Shown here in pieces: positions 27,986 through 36,848 of a stretch of 59,429 bases of DNA (position 1 is the first letter of the stretch; every line of letters starts with the position of its first letter). The notes under the pieces are model-generated. The model saw only the letters and a program-made list of their open reading frames with translations. It did no database searches and was not told the DNA's origin. Origin of the DNA: a virus. Lineage: Duplodnaviria; Caudoviricetes. The position numbers and the translations under genes are program-made. The stretch is from positions 1 to 59,429 of IMG/VR virus record IMGVR_UViG_3300049913_000005, one strand, 5' to 3'.

Positions 27986-28624
27986 ATGACGACGCCATTG
28001 ACTGATCCTGACAATGCACAGTTTGATATCGTTGATGACACAGGTTTTACAACTGAACAAGCTGTCGCATTTCTTGAAGGTCGACTTAACCTGGACACAC
28101 TTGTCATTAATGAGTCATCAGTCGACGATAAAGGTGTGATGATCGCACTTCGTATGACTGATTACGATGCAAACCGACTGATCATCCCAAGGGGTGAACC
28201 AGCATCTGCATTGCATTTAACGTTGTTTTATCTTGGGAATGCCGCAGACTTTTCCGCCGATACGTACGCGCAGGTGACGGATTACTGCACACGTGTTGCG
28301 AATGATTTTGGTCTCATGGAAGGCAATGTATTCGGTGCCGCCATTTGGAACCCAGACGGTAATGAGCCATCCATCATCGTAAACGTTGGCGGATGCGATT
28401 GTTTCGAAGAGATTCACGACGCCATAGGTGCTGGACTGCCCGCGGTACTTGGTCAACCACTACCGGAACAGCATTCCCCCTGGGTTCCGCACGTGTGTCT
28501 AGCATACTCTGGTGACACGACACTTCTTGAGACGGCGAAGACACGCACCGGTGCGATAGAGTTTGATCGACTCAGAGTAGCCTTCGGACCGCAACACACA
28601 GACATACCATTGTCGGGGGATTAA
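27986..28624 (+). CDS. 2H phosphoesterase (2'-5' RNA ligase / Acb1-like)
   Basis: LHLTLFYLG and PHVCLAY histidine motifs. Confidence 0.75.
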   Translation: MTTPLTDPDNAQFDIVDDTGFTTEQAVAFLEGRLNLDTLVINESSVDDKGVMIALRMTDYDANRLIIPRGEPASALHLTLFYLGNAADFSADTYAQVTDYCTRVANDFGLMEGNVFGAAIWNPDGNEPSIIVNVGGCDCFEEIHDAIGAGLPAVLGQPLPEQHSPWVPHVCLAYSGDTTLLETAKTRTGAIEFDRLRVAFGPQHTDIPLSGD

Positions 28625-30580
28625 ATGCCGTACAAGGTTGAGAAGAATAGTCGGTGTGACGCGTCCAAACCATACGCGGTCGTGAAGGATACTACCGGTG
28701 AGGTTATGGGATGTCACGCTAGCCAGGCGGATGCTGATAGCCAGCTTGCAGCATTATATGCAAATGAACCGGCCGCCGGCGTTGCGGTATCGGATGTTGA
28801 GGAACTTGGGCTAACATCTGACTCTGCGTGGGAAGGTGTACTCTTAGTTGAAGGCGTTACAACTGGCGATGGACGCGAGTTTGTACAAGGTGGCACGACA
28901 TGGGCAGAGCCACCGCTTCCGGTATCGTGGCAGAAGTACTCATCTGAAGGACACGCAGGTTCGGTTATCGTCGGTCGAATCGATAACATCTGGCGTGATG
29001 AAGCGAACCCAGCTGTCATTCGTGGTAACGGTGTACTTGACCTGAACAATCCAGATGGTGTTGAAGTTCAGCGACAGATGCGTGAACAGTTCTTACGCGG
29101 TAACTCTGTCGATGTCGATAGTGTGAAGGATGCGGATGTTGAGGCGGTATTCCCCGAGGCACCGGTCGGGGAAAGCGAGTTGGCTGCTGAGGATTCCGGG
29201 TCTGGCAACGATAGTCTTATGGATCTTTTTGGCCCGCCGCCAGAGAAGATGATATTTCACGCAGGTCGCATTCGTGGCACCACGCTTGTTAGTCTTCCTG
29301 CGTTCGTTGAAGCTCAGGTATGGTTGGCAAATATGCCACCTGCTACACCAATGCCGATGATGCCTGATGTCGCGCAGTCACCCAGGGGGTCAGGAACGGG
29401 TGACAACATGATGGCAACTGGCGATGTCGCTACTTCACCTACGTCGTCTGGTGAAGGTGAAACGGAAGTCACCGTCGTTGCATCTGGTGTGTGGGATGGT
29501 ACCGTCGCCGAACGCAGACTGGCGCCACGACTTGCGCTTACGTTGGCACGCGAAGCGTTCGGTCATGTAGGCGGCGTACCGAAATCAGGAACGGTACATC
29601 GGTCGGATTGTTCATTCCTGCATCATGAGATCAATGCAGATGGTACGCCGTTACGACCAAATGTGAATGCATGTCTTGCGGCTATCGGTAATCTTCTTAC
29701 CGATGCAACATTGAGTATGTCATTATCAGAACGTCACACTGCATATGCACATATGGCACGACATGTACGTGACGCTGGTCTAGTACCGCAGCCATTTACG
29801 AGTGAGACAATGAGTATGAATGTTCGAGCGTTGACCGCAGGCGCAAAGTTGAACATCGAACCGCCGGCCGAATGGTTCACTGATCAGCATCTCACTCGTC
29901 CAACGGCGTTGACGATTACGGCCTCAGGTCACATCTACGGGCATGCCGCGTTGTTTGGTACGTGTCATACCAGCGTGCAGGATGCTTGTGTCCAGCCGCC
30001 CTACGAGGTACGACACGACTACTTTATGCTCGGTGAGGTCATCACCGCTGGTGGCAATGAGTCGGTTGCTACCGGATGTATCACGCTTGGCACTGGGCAT
30101 GCGCCGACATTTGGTGTCACCGCGCAGCAAGCGATCGAGCATTATGATAATACCGGAACACGCGTCGCTGATGTTGTCACGGGCAATGATTCGTTCGGTA
30201 TCTGGTTCTCAGGCACGGTGCGGTCTGACATTGCACCAGCACGTCTGGCTGAACTTCGTGCGGCAAAACTGTCTGGTGACTGGCGACGAATCGGTGGACA
30301 GCTTCGACTTGTCGCGATGCTCGCCGTGAATGTTCCAGGATTCCCGGTACCTCGACTGTCGACACGCATCAATCGTGGACAGCAACTTGCGCTCGTTGCG
30401 TCTGGTGTTATCACAGATGCAGATGTTGACCTTCTAGGTGAAGTACAGCGTATGAATGTTGAAATGCAAAAGATTCGTGTTGTAATGGCACAGATGAAAC
30501 TAAGTCTCGGTCGACGAATCGGCCGTGGACCAGAGATACGACGTGCGGAACTACGATCGCGTGTACATAAGGAGATGTAA
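28625..30580 (+). CDS. Capsid maturation protease / prohead protein
   Basis: EGVTTGDGREF, H..S.IVGRI, S.D.D, SGDWR..GG...LVA.LAVNVPGF; immediately before the capsid gene. Confidence 0.75.
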   Translation: MPYKVEKNSRCDASKPYAVVKDTTGEVMGCHASQADADSQLAALYANEPAAGVAVSDVEELGLTSDSAWEGVLLVEGVTTGDGREFVQGGTTWAEPPLPVSWQKYSSEGHAGSVIVGRIDNIWRDEANPAVIRGNGVLDLNNPDGVEVQRQMREQFLRGNSVDVDSVKDADVEAVFPEAPVGESELAAEDSGSGNDSLMDLFGPPPEKMIFHAGRIRGTTLVSLPAFVEAQVWLANMPPATPMPMMPDVAQSPRGSGTGDNMMATGDVATSPTSSGEGETEVTVVASGVWDGTVAERRLAPRLALTLAREAFGHVGGVPKSGTVHRSDCSFLHHEINADGTPLRPNVNACLAAIGNLLTDATLSMSLSERHTAYAHMARHVRDAGLVPQPFTSETMSMNVRALTAGAKLNIEPPAEWFTDQHLTRPTALTITASGHIYGHAALFGTCHTSVQDACVQPPYEVRHDYFMLGEVITAGGNESVATGCITLGTGHAPTFGVTAQQAIEHYDNTGTRVADVVTGNDSFGIWFSGTVRSDIAPARLAELRAAKLSGDWRRIGGQLRLVAMLAVNVPGFPVPRLSTRINRGQQLALVASGVITDADVDLLGEVQRMNVEMQKIRVVMAQMKLSLGRRIGRGPEIRRAELRSRVHKEM

Positions 30581-30581
30581 T

Positions 30582-30773
30582 ATGTGTGGATGTGGAAAAC
30601 GTGCACGCACCGGTACGACATCCGTAAGTGCGGATGCTGCTACGCCCCCTGGGTCGACAACGACATCGACACCCACACCACGTGGTGACAGAAACCCGCG
30701 TGGTATGACATCTGCTGGCATTAGTACTGATCGTAAATCGATCGCGGCTGCCATCAGAAATTCACGATCGTAG
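30582..30773 (+). CDS. Small protein (MCGCGK start)
   Basis: AAGGAG RBS; commonly found before the capsid gene in actinophages. Confidence 0.55.
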   Translation: MCGCGKRARTGTTSVSADAATPPGSTTTSTPTPRGDRNPRGMTSAGISTDRKSIAAAIRNSRS

Positions 30774-30855
30774 TACACCATCACCTTTATGGTACAATGA
30801 CGGGTAAGGCCACTGAGATCTTCCGGGCCCTGATTTACCCGAGAGCGGGGGAAAC

Positions 30856-32562
30856 ATGCCGAAGGAAAACGGCGGCGGGGTTCAGATCCCTGCGGATCTC
30901 AGCACGCTGACCGACGAGGAACTTGAAACGCTTGAGAACTCAGCAATGGCTGAGTTTGATACGCTTGATGACGATGAAAACACCGACGCCGAGGGTCTGT
31001 CGCGGATGACGGCGCTTGCGGATGGTGTCGACAATATTCGTACTGCACGTACCGATCGTGCCGCCCGCGCCGCTGAATCTCTGGCACAACGTGAGGCTGT
31101 ACGCGGTCGTATTCATGCCGAGACTGGTACGAATAATGCGCATTCAGATGAAACGGCACAGGCTGCGGTACCGGCCGTTGTTGCCGCTGGTACAACTGAT
31201 GTACGCGATGTTCTCAAGAACTCGAATGCAAATCTGAATGCACGTCTTTCCGACGCTGCGGCACAGGTTCCCGCGGGAAATGCGCCGAAACTTCGCGATG
31301 AGTTTGCAGCATCCGTTCTTGTTGCTTCAGCTGACATTGCTGGTTTCACAACTGGTGGACGGCTGAACGACATGGCCGCATTGGTTCGTGCGTTCCAGTC
31401 GCGGGCACGGTCGCTGCCAGTTAGTAAGACGTTCTCTGCGAATGAAGACTGGCGTTACGCGCCGCGGTATCCGGTTGCATCGTTGCAGCGGAAATTCCAG
31501 TATACGCTTGACGACACGTCGAGTCCTGATGACACATGGGCCGTCATGCAGGCAGCTGCAAATCCGCAGGCGCTCGTTGCGGCTGGTGGTTGGTGTTCGC
31601 CAAGCGAGATTCGTTACGACTTCTACAACATCGCTGATACTGATGGTCTTCTTGACCTTCCGACGACCGGTATTCGTCGTGGCGGACTTCGTTGGCCTAC
31701 CTCGCCGTCGTTCGGTGATCTGTCCGGTAGCGCCGGACTATGGCACTGGAATGAGACGCAAGATGTCGCGGCTGCTACCGGTACGTCACAGTCTGGTAGT
31801 AAGACATGCGCTCGAGTTCCATGTGCTGACTTCAGCGAAGAGCGGCTTGAGGGTGAAGGAATCTGCATTACCGCAGGTAATCTTGCCACCGATGCCTGGC
31901 CCGAGGCGCTGGCGGACTTCCTTCGACTGGTGAATGTATACCATGCCCATCGGGTGAACGCATGGATGATTAATGCGCTTGTGCAACGATCGATTTCCGT
32001 CTCGGTCTGCGTTACCGGCATGGGTGTTGCGATTCCGGTGCTCGACGCGATCGAGATGCAGGTTACCGACTATCGCACGCGGTTCGCAATGGCGGATTCG
32101 GCTGTTCTCGAATGCGTACTGCCGTCGTGGATTCTTGCAGAGATCAGGGCTGACCTGGCGAAGCGGATGTTTGCATCGCCTGACTACGCGTTCGCCGTAA
32201 CGAATGCGATGATTGGTTCGTGGTTCACGCTGCGGAATGTTCGGGTGCAGTTCGTTCAGGACTGGCAGGTTCGCACCGCGGGATTCCCGGGTCGTGTCGG
32301 GACGTACATGACCACTTGGCCGACCACCGTGAAATTTTTGCTATATGCCGCGGGTACCTTCCTCCGCGGCAACGGCCTCACGCTCGACCTGGGTGTTGTT
32401 CGTGACTCGACGCTCAACGCTACGAATGACCATACGGCGGCTTGGTCCGAGGAGTTCTTCCTCGTTGCCGAGATTGGTCATCAGTCGCTTGTGGTCACCG
32501 TTCCGATCTGCCCGAACGGCGTTACCGGCGCGCCGGTTGACTTCACCTGCCCGAGCTGCTAA
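30856..32562 (+). CDS. Major capsid protein with N-terminal scaffold-like segment
   Basis: Acidic coiled-coil N-terminus, ALVAAGGWCSPSE, K.C..VPC, VQFVQDWQ, RDSTLN..ND. Confidence 0.85.
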   Translation: MPKENGGGVQIPADLSTLTDEELETLENSAMAEFDTLDDDENTDAEGLSRMTALADGVDNIRTARTDRAARAAESLAQREAVRGRIHAETGTNNAHSDETAQAAVPAVVAAGTTDVRDVLKNSNANLNARLSDAAAQVPAGNAPKLRDEFAASVLVASADIAGFTTGGRLNDMAALVRAFQSRARSLPVSKTFSANEDWRYAPRYPVASLQRKFQYTLDDTSSPDDTWAVMQAAANPQALVAAGGWCSPSEIRYDFYNIADTDGLLDLPTTGIRRGGLRWPTSPSFGDLSGSAGLWHWNETQDVAAATGTSQSGSKTCARVPCADFSEERLEGEGICITAGNLATDAWPEALADFLRLVNVYHAHRVNAWMINALVQRSISVSVCVTGMGVAIPVLDAIEMQVTDYRTRFAMADSAVLECVLPSWILAEIRADLAKRMFASPDYAFAVTNAMIGSWFTLRNVRVQFVQDWQVRTAGFPGRVGTYMTTWPTTVKFLLYAAGTFLRGNGLTLDLGVVRDSTLNATNDHTAAWSEEFFLVAEIGHQSLVVTVPICPNGVTGAPVDFTCPSC

Positions 32563-32615
32563 GTAACACGGCCAGGTGAATATCGGGGGCGTGTTAGGTC
32601 GACGAGGAGGATGGC

Positions 32616-33560
32616 ATGGTACAGCCACAACAGCCACGTAACATGCGCCTCCTCGTCGATCCACCGTCTACATTGCCATCACCGTATGGATTGCTTTCCG
32701 TTGCTGATATGCGATCTGAAAGTAATGTACATTGGCAGGCTGGTGTAACATGGCGGTCAAATTGTGGTGGTGCCGACACGACGTATGATGAGTGCATCAC
32801 ATCTGCACCAAATGCGTCGGGAATTCCATCGGGTAAAGGTGCGAACGCGATTTTTGATGGTCGCGGCGCCACGCCATTCACCGTATACACAGAGATTGAT
32901 TGCAGTCCTGTAGACTTTTATGAGAATGCCGATGCAACCGCGACCGCTGCGCTTCTTGGATTCGAATCGTATCTGGTGGAGCAGGCATTCTGGAACGGTA
33001 CGATCGACGGTGTGGCAAATGTAGCATTGCCACACCTTGCCGCTGATGCTGCGATCATCGAGAATGGGTTGTACCCCATTACATTGCAGCCGGCGTCCGA
33101 TGTCGTCACCGGTGTTGGGTTTGATCCCGTCTGCGCACTCGCTGCACTCGAACTCGAGATGGCGAAATGCACGAATGGCGTCGGTTATATTCATATGCCG
33201 ATCGGCGCCGTTCCAGTCTTTGCATCACGTGTTCTTATCTCACGTGATGGCAATCGACTGCGCACGTCAAACGGTAACATCGTCATTGCAGGGAATGGCT
33301 ATCCGGGTACGGGACCTGACGGATCAATGCCACCGATCGGTGCGGCATGGATCTATGGTACCGGTTCGGTATTCGGATATCGAAGTACACCACGGTTGCT
33401 CGGCGCGCCAGGTAGTATCGATCGCACAACGAATACCATTCACGCTATTGCGGAACGTACATACGTAATGGCATTTGACTGTTGTCTGTTTGCGATTCCA
33501 GTCTGTATTACATGCACAATATGCGATGTGGAGCCAAACGAAGTTCGACCGCCAACGTAA
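32616..33560 (+). CDS. Minor capsid / capsid-associated protein
   Basis: YGLLS, PFTVY, E..FW.G, G.GYPG, AERTY; directly after the major capsid gene. Confidence 0.6.
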   Translation: MVQPQQPRNMRLLVDPPSTLPSPYGLLSVADMRSESNVHWQAGVTWRSNCGGADTTYDECITSAPNASGIPSGKGANAIFDGRGATPFTVYTEIDCSPVDFYENADATATAALLGFESYLVEQAFWNGTIDGVANVALPHLAADAAIIENGLYPITLQPASDVVTGVGFDPVCALAALELEMAKCTNGVGYIHMPIGAVPVFASRVLISRDGNRLRTSNGNIVIAGNGYPGTGPDGSMPPIGAAWIYGTGSVFGYRSTPRLLGAPGSIDRTTNTIHAIAERTYVMAFDCCLFAIPVCITCTICDVEPNEVRPPT

Positions 33561-33572
33561 GCGAGATAAAAC

Positions 33573-34244
33573 ATGACCGCATTCTGCGCAGCTGCGATTA
33601 AAGGTCGACTGATGCGCGTCATTAAACTAGACACCTGTGGTATTCCGGTGTCTGGTGTGGGTGGCGGCGTTGTTACATCGGATGGTTTCATCAGCATCAA
33701 GTCAACGCCACAGTACGAAGATGGTGCTGAGTTCATTCAGCGTAATGCAAATGGCGCACTTTGCGTTAATGAGAAAGATGCGCCACAGCTCAAGCGCGTT
33801 GAACTCGAAGTGATGTTGTGCACCATGGATCCAGATCTCATCGTAATTGTTACTGGTGACCGACTGCTGTCGACATCCGCAACGGGTACAGGTGTTGCAT
33901 TTGGTGAAGGTTTGGTGACCGTTCGATTCTCGCTTGAAACGTGGCAAAACGTCACCGGTCCTGCCGCATGTGACCCAGGGGGTAGCCAGCGATACCTCTA
34001 CTGGGCATGGGGCAACCTCGGTAATGCCAAGATTGGTGACTGGTCGATCGAGAACGGCGTCCTACAATTCAAGTTTACATGCGAGTCGAAAGCTGTGAAC
34101 GCTGCTTGGGGTGCAAAACCAACCGCCACGAAGCCGAATGACTATCTTGATGGTGTAGGTTTTGTGACAACTGAGCATTATGCATATAATGTTACAACGA
34201 AGACGCCGCCTACTGCCGCATGCGGTGCCGTCGTTCTTACGTAG
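33573..34244 (+). CDS. Major tail protein
   Basis: G..MRV..LD.CG, GFISI, NANGALC motifs; position. Confidence 0.75.
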   Translation: MTAFCAAAIKGRLMRVIKLDTCGIPVSGVGGGVVTSDGFISIKSTPQYEDGAEFIQRNANGALCVNEKDAPQLKRVELEVMLCTMDPDLIVIVTGDRLLSTSATGTGVAFGEGLVTVRFSLETWQNVTGPAACDPGGSQRYLYWAWGNLGNAKIGDWSIENGVLQFKFTCESKAVNAAWGAKPTATKPNDYLDGVGFVTTEHYAYNVTTKTPPTAACGAVVLT

Positions 34245-34315
34245 TTTGCACTATAGATGACACGGGCCGTGGGTCCGGACACCACGTCCGGGCCCATTAC
34301 CTATAGGAGGAAGTT

Positions 34316-35119
34316 ATGAGTCCAGTTCCTAACACGCCGTGCGCGGGCTGGACACCCACATGGACGTGCGCGTTGCCCACTGGATCCGGCGCGGTGTCGG
34401 GCGTCGCCATCGCGGCAGCCGCTAGTGTCCTTGACGACCTCACCGGGCATCAATTTGGCGCCTGTAGTGTAACCATACGGCCATGTCGACGTGAGTGCTA
34501 CGAAGGCGTTTGGGGTCCTCGCGGCATGTGGTGGGAGTGGGGACAATGGCCACGCCCTATCTTCTATCGTGGCGTGTGGTCGAACGTCACATGTGGCGGT
34601 GGCTGTACGGGAACATGTTCGTGTTCGGCGATCTCTGAAGTGCTGCTTCCGCCACCGGTTAGCGGAATCGGCGACGTGAAGGTAGACGGTGTCACACTTG
34701 ATCCCGCGACGGATTACCGTGTCGATGACTATCGGAAGCTGATACGTCTTGGAGGTCTTGAATGGCCGGTCTGCAATGATCTCAGTAAAGATGATACTGA
34801 GGTAGGAACGTGGTCGGTTGAGGTTATCGTTGGCCAACCGCTTACCCCCCTGGGTGAAATGGCGCTTGGCGAACTGGCACTTCAGTTTATTAAGTTGCTT
34901 CTCTGTGACAAGAGTTGTGCTTTGCCCAAGCCGGTACAAAGTCTGTCGCGGCAAGGCATATCAATGAACTTTCTTGATCCTAATCAAGTGTTTCTCAATG
35001 GACGTGTGGGTCTACACTTATGCGATATGTTTATTGGTACGACTAATCCGAATGGTCTTAAGACACGATCACGCGTATATGATGTTGATGGCGATAATTA
35101 TACGATCGCAGGTGTGTGA
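34316..35119 (+). CDS. Head-to-tail adaptor
   Basis: LTG.QFG.C..TIRPC, V.VDG.TL, WP.C.DL, C.LP..V.S.SRQG. Confidence 0.7.
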   Translation: MSPVPNTPCAGWTPTWTCALPTGSGAVSGVAIAAAASVLDDLTGHQFGACSVTIRPCRRECYEGVWGPRGMWWEWGQWPRPIFYRGVWSNVTCGGGCTGTCSCSAISEVLLPPPVSGIGDVKVDGVTLDPATDYRVDDYRKLIRLGGLEWPVCNDLSKDDTEVGTWSVEVIVGQPLTPLGEMALGELALQFIKLLLCDKSCALPKPVQSLSRQGISMNFLDPNQVFLNGRVGLHLCDMFIGTTNPNGLKTRSRVYDVDGDNYTIAGV

Positions 35120-35655
35120 TGTATCCGCCGGCCGTACTATCTGAGACACGAATCATTGATATCTGTTCGTGTATCGTTACCGGTGTGGGTGTCGCACTTG
35201 GGTCATCGATAGGTGGAACGGTCGATCGTGAAATCGTAACATTCGGTGAGATCGTATGGGATCAATGTGACTGTGGACAACTTGCCGTCACCGTAAAACA
35301 GATGTATCCATCGAACTTCTTCCCGAACGATGATTCAAATACAAGAAGTAACTGTGGTCAACCATTACTCGTCATTAAGCTCGGTGTGTCAGTTGTTCGA
35401 TGCGTACCTGTGCCAGATGAAAACGGCGTCGCACCTGAACCAACTGAATTGCGCGACGCATCATACATCGCAATGTCTGACGCGTTCATAGTGCGTGAAA
35501 CCGTACGATGCATACTGCAGGGTTGGTATGATGCAGCCCCGCAACTCATCGCCGATTTTAATTTAGGCGCACAAATGGTGGCTGGACCACAGGGTGGATG
35601 TGGTGGAACCGAGTTGGATGTCGCATTTGCATTGTTTATTGGATGTGAATGTTGA
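35116..35655 (+). CDS. Tail terminator / head-tail connector
   Basis: WD.C.CGQLAV, RCVP, GPQGGCGG. Confidence 0.6.
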   Translation: MMYPPAVLSETRIIDICSCIVTGVGVALGSSIGGTVDREIVTFGEIVWDQCDCGQLAVTVKQMYPSNFFPNDDSNTRSNCGQPLLVIKLGVSVVRCVPVPDENGVAPEPTELRDASYIAMSDAFIVRETVRCILQGWYDAAPQLIADFNLGAQMVAGPQGGCGGTELDVAFALFIGCEC

Positions 35656-35746
35656 TCTTTAAATCACCTGGTTAGTTCTACCAGGGGAAGAAGATCAAAT
35701 GTCATCTACGATGATCTGACGTTTACGTGAAAATAGTTTAAAACGG

Positions 35747-36169
35747 TCAGTCACGTGCTGCGCGTAACGCATTCTTGAGGAATGGATTCGGACGCATACC
35801 GCGTGACTTCATTGAGAATACCGTCTTGCGACCGTTCGTCCAACGAAGTACTTTCGCGTTAATCGGCACGATCATACGATGTCGAGGACCATATAGTCCG
35901 GTACCGTCGTGCACGAATCGTGCGTAAAACACATTTGTCGATATGTCAACAGCAATCGACCCATTCATGAGAAGCATGCGTACCTGGATACTTGAACGAA
36001 GCAATCCGGTATCGATGCGTTTCGGACTCGATGCAAGGTTCTTCTTTGCGCGTGCCGCTACATTATGACCACGACGAAACATGTCTTGTGCAACGCCTCG
36101 TCCCGGTGATGTAAGAACGGCATGGATTGCGCCGAGATCTATCCGATGTGTGATACTTACCGTACCCAT
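35747..36169 (-). CDS. HK97 gp10-like neck/tail-completion protein, on the strand opposite its module
   Basis: IDTGLLRSSI, YARFVHDGT, GMRPNPFLKNAL. Confidence 0.8.
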   Translation of the reverse strand: MGTVSITHRIDLGAIHAVLTSPGRGVAQDMFRRGHNVAARAKKNLASSPKRIDTGLLRSSIQVRMLLMNGSIAVDISTNVFYARFVHDGTGLYGPRHRMIVPINAKVLRWTNGRKTVFSMKSRGMRPNPFLKNALRAARD

Positions 36170-36242
36170 GGTTCTAGTATATCGACCAGACGTGATATGT
36201 TACTACAACCTGGTATGATCGATTTATGACATTGGAGGATGT

Positions 36243-36647
36243 ATGAAAAATTTTACGCCAGATCCTGTTGAATCATTCGAGATTTATGACATAACGTTCA
36301 ACCCCCTGGGTGACATCTCGGTGGATGCGATGGCGTATGCGTCATCATTGGATTCACTTAAGAATGATGATCCAAAGGGTTCGATGGCATTGTTCCTTGG
36401 ATTCCTTGATCTCGTTCTTGATGAACCATCAGGAACTGCATTACGAATGATGGTGGAGAATCGAAAGATTGGACTTCGCACAATCTTTAAGATTGTCCAA
36501 CACATTATGGAGGGTTATGGCATGCGCCCTACGGTGCAGTCATTGAACTCTGTCGTGTCGTTGCCGGGCGACGATGGCACGAATTCGATGGCTGGTGCGC
36601 AAGCCGATCTGTCGACCCAGGGGGAATCAGTTTCGCACGACGATTAA
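36243..36647 (+). CDS. Tail assembly chaperone
   Basis: GGAGG RBS; upstream of the tape measure gene; ends RPT plus a Ser-rich tail. Confidence 0.75.
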   Translation: MKNFTPDPVESFEIYDITFNPLGDISVDAMAYASSLDSLKNDDPKGSMALFLGFLDLVLDEPSGTALRMMVENRKIGLRTIFKIVQHIMEGYGMRPTVQSLNSVVSLPGDDGTNSMAGAQADLSTQGESVSHDD

Positions 36648-36841
36648 ACTTGATCTACTATTGGATGGTTTCACAATTGTCTCACGAAAATCGTGCGAAG
36701 ATTGATCGTATCATTTACGCACATGAGATTACAGACGAATCGACACTGACAGGTATGACACCACCTGATTGGTGGCTTGGCGATGAAGACGCATCGATGT
36801 CGAACCAGATCGCAATGTCGCAGATGAGACAACGTAGCTGA
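36491..36841 (+). CDS. Tail assembly chaperone -1 frameshift extension
   Basis: The -1 frame is open from 36491 to 36841 (WHEFDGWCAS...LNLIYYW...PPDWW); candidate slip sites CGCCCTA (~36525) and GGGGGAA (36620-36626). Confidence 0.65.
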   Translation, partial: DCPTHYGGLWHAPYGAVIELCRVVAGRRWHEFDGWCASRSVDPGGISFARRLNLIYYWMVSQLSHENRAKIDRIIYAHEITDESTLTGMTPPDWWLGDEDASMSNQIAMSQMRQRS

Positions 36842-36848
36842 GGTAATC

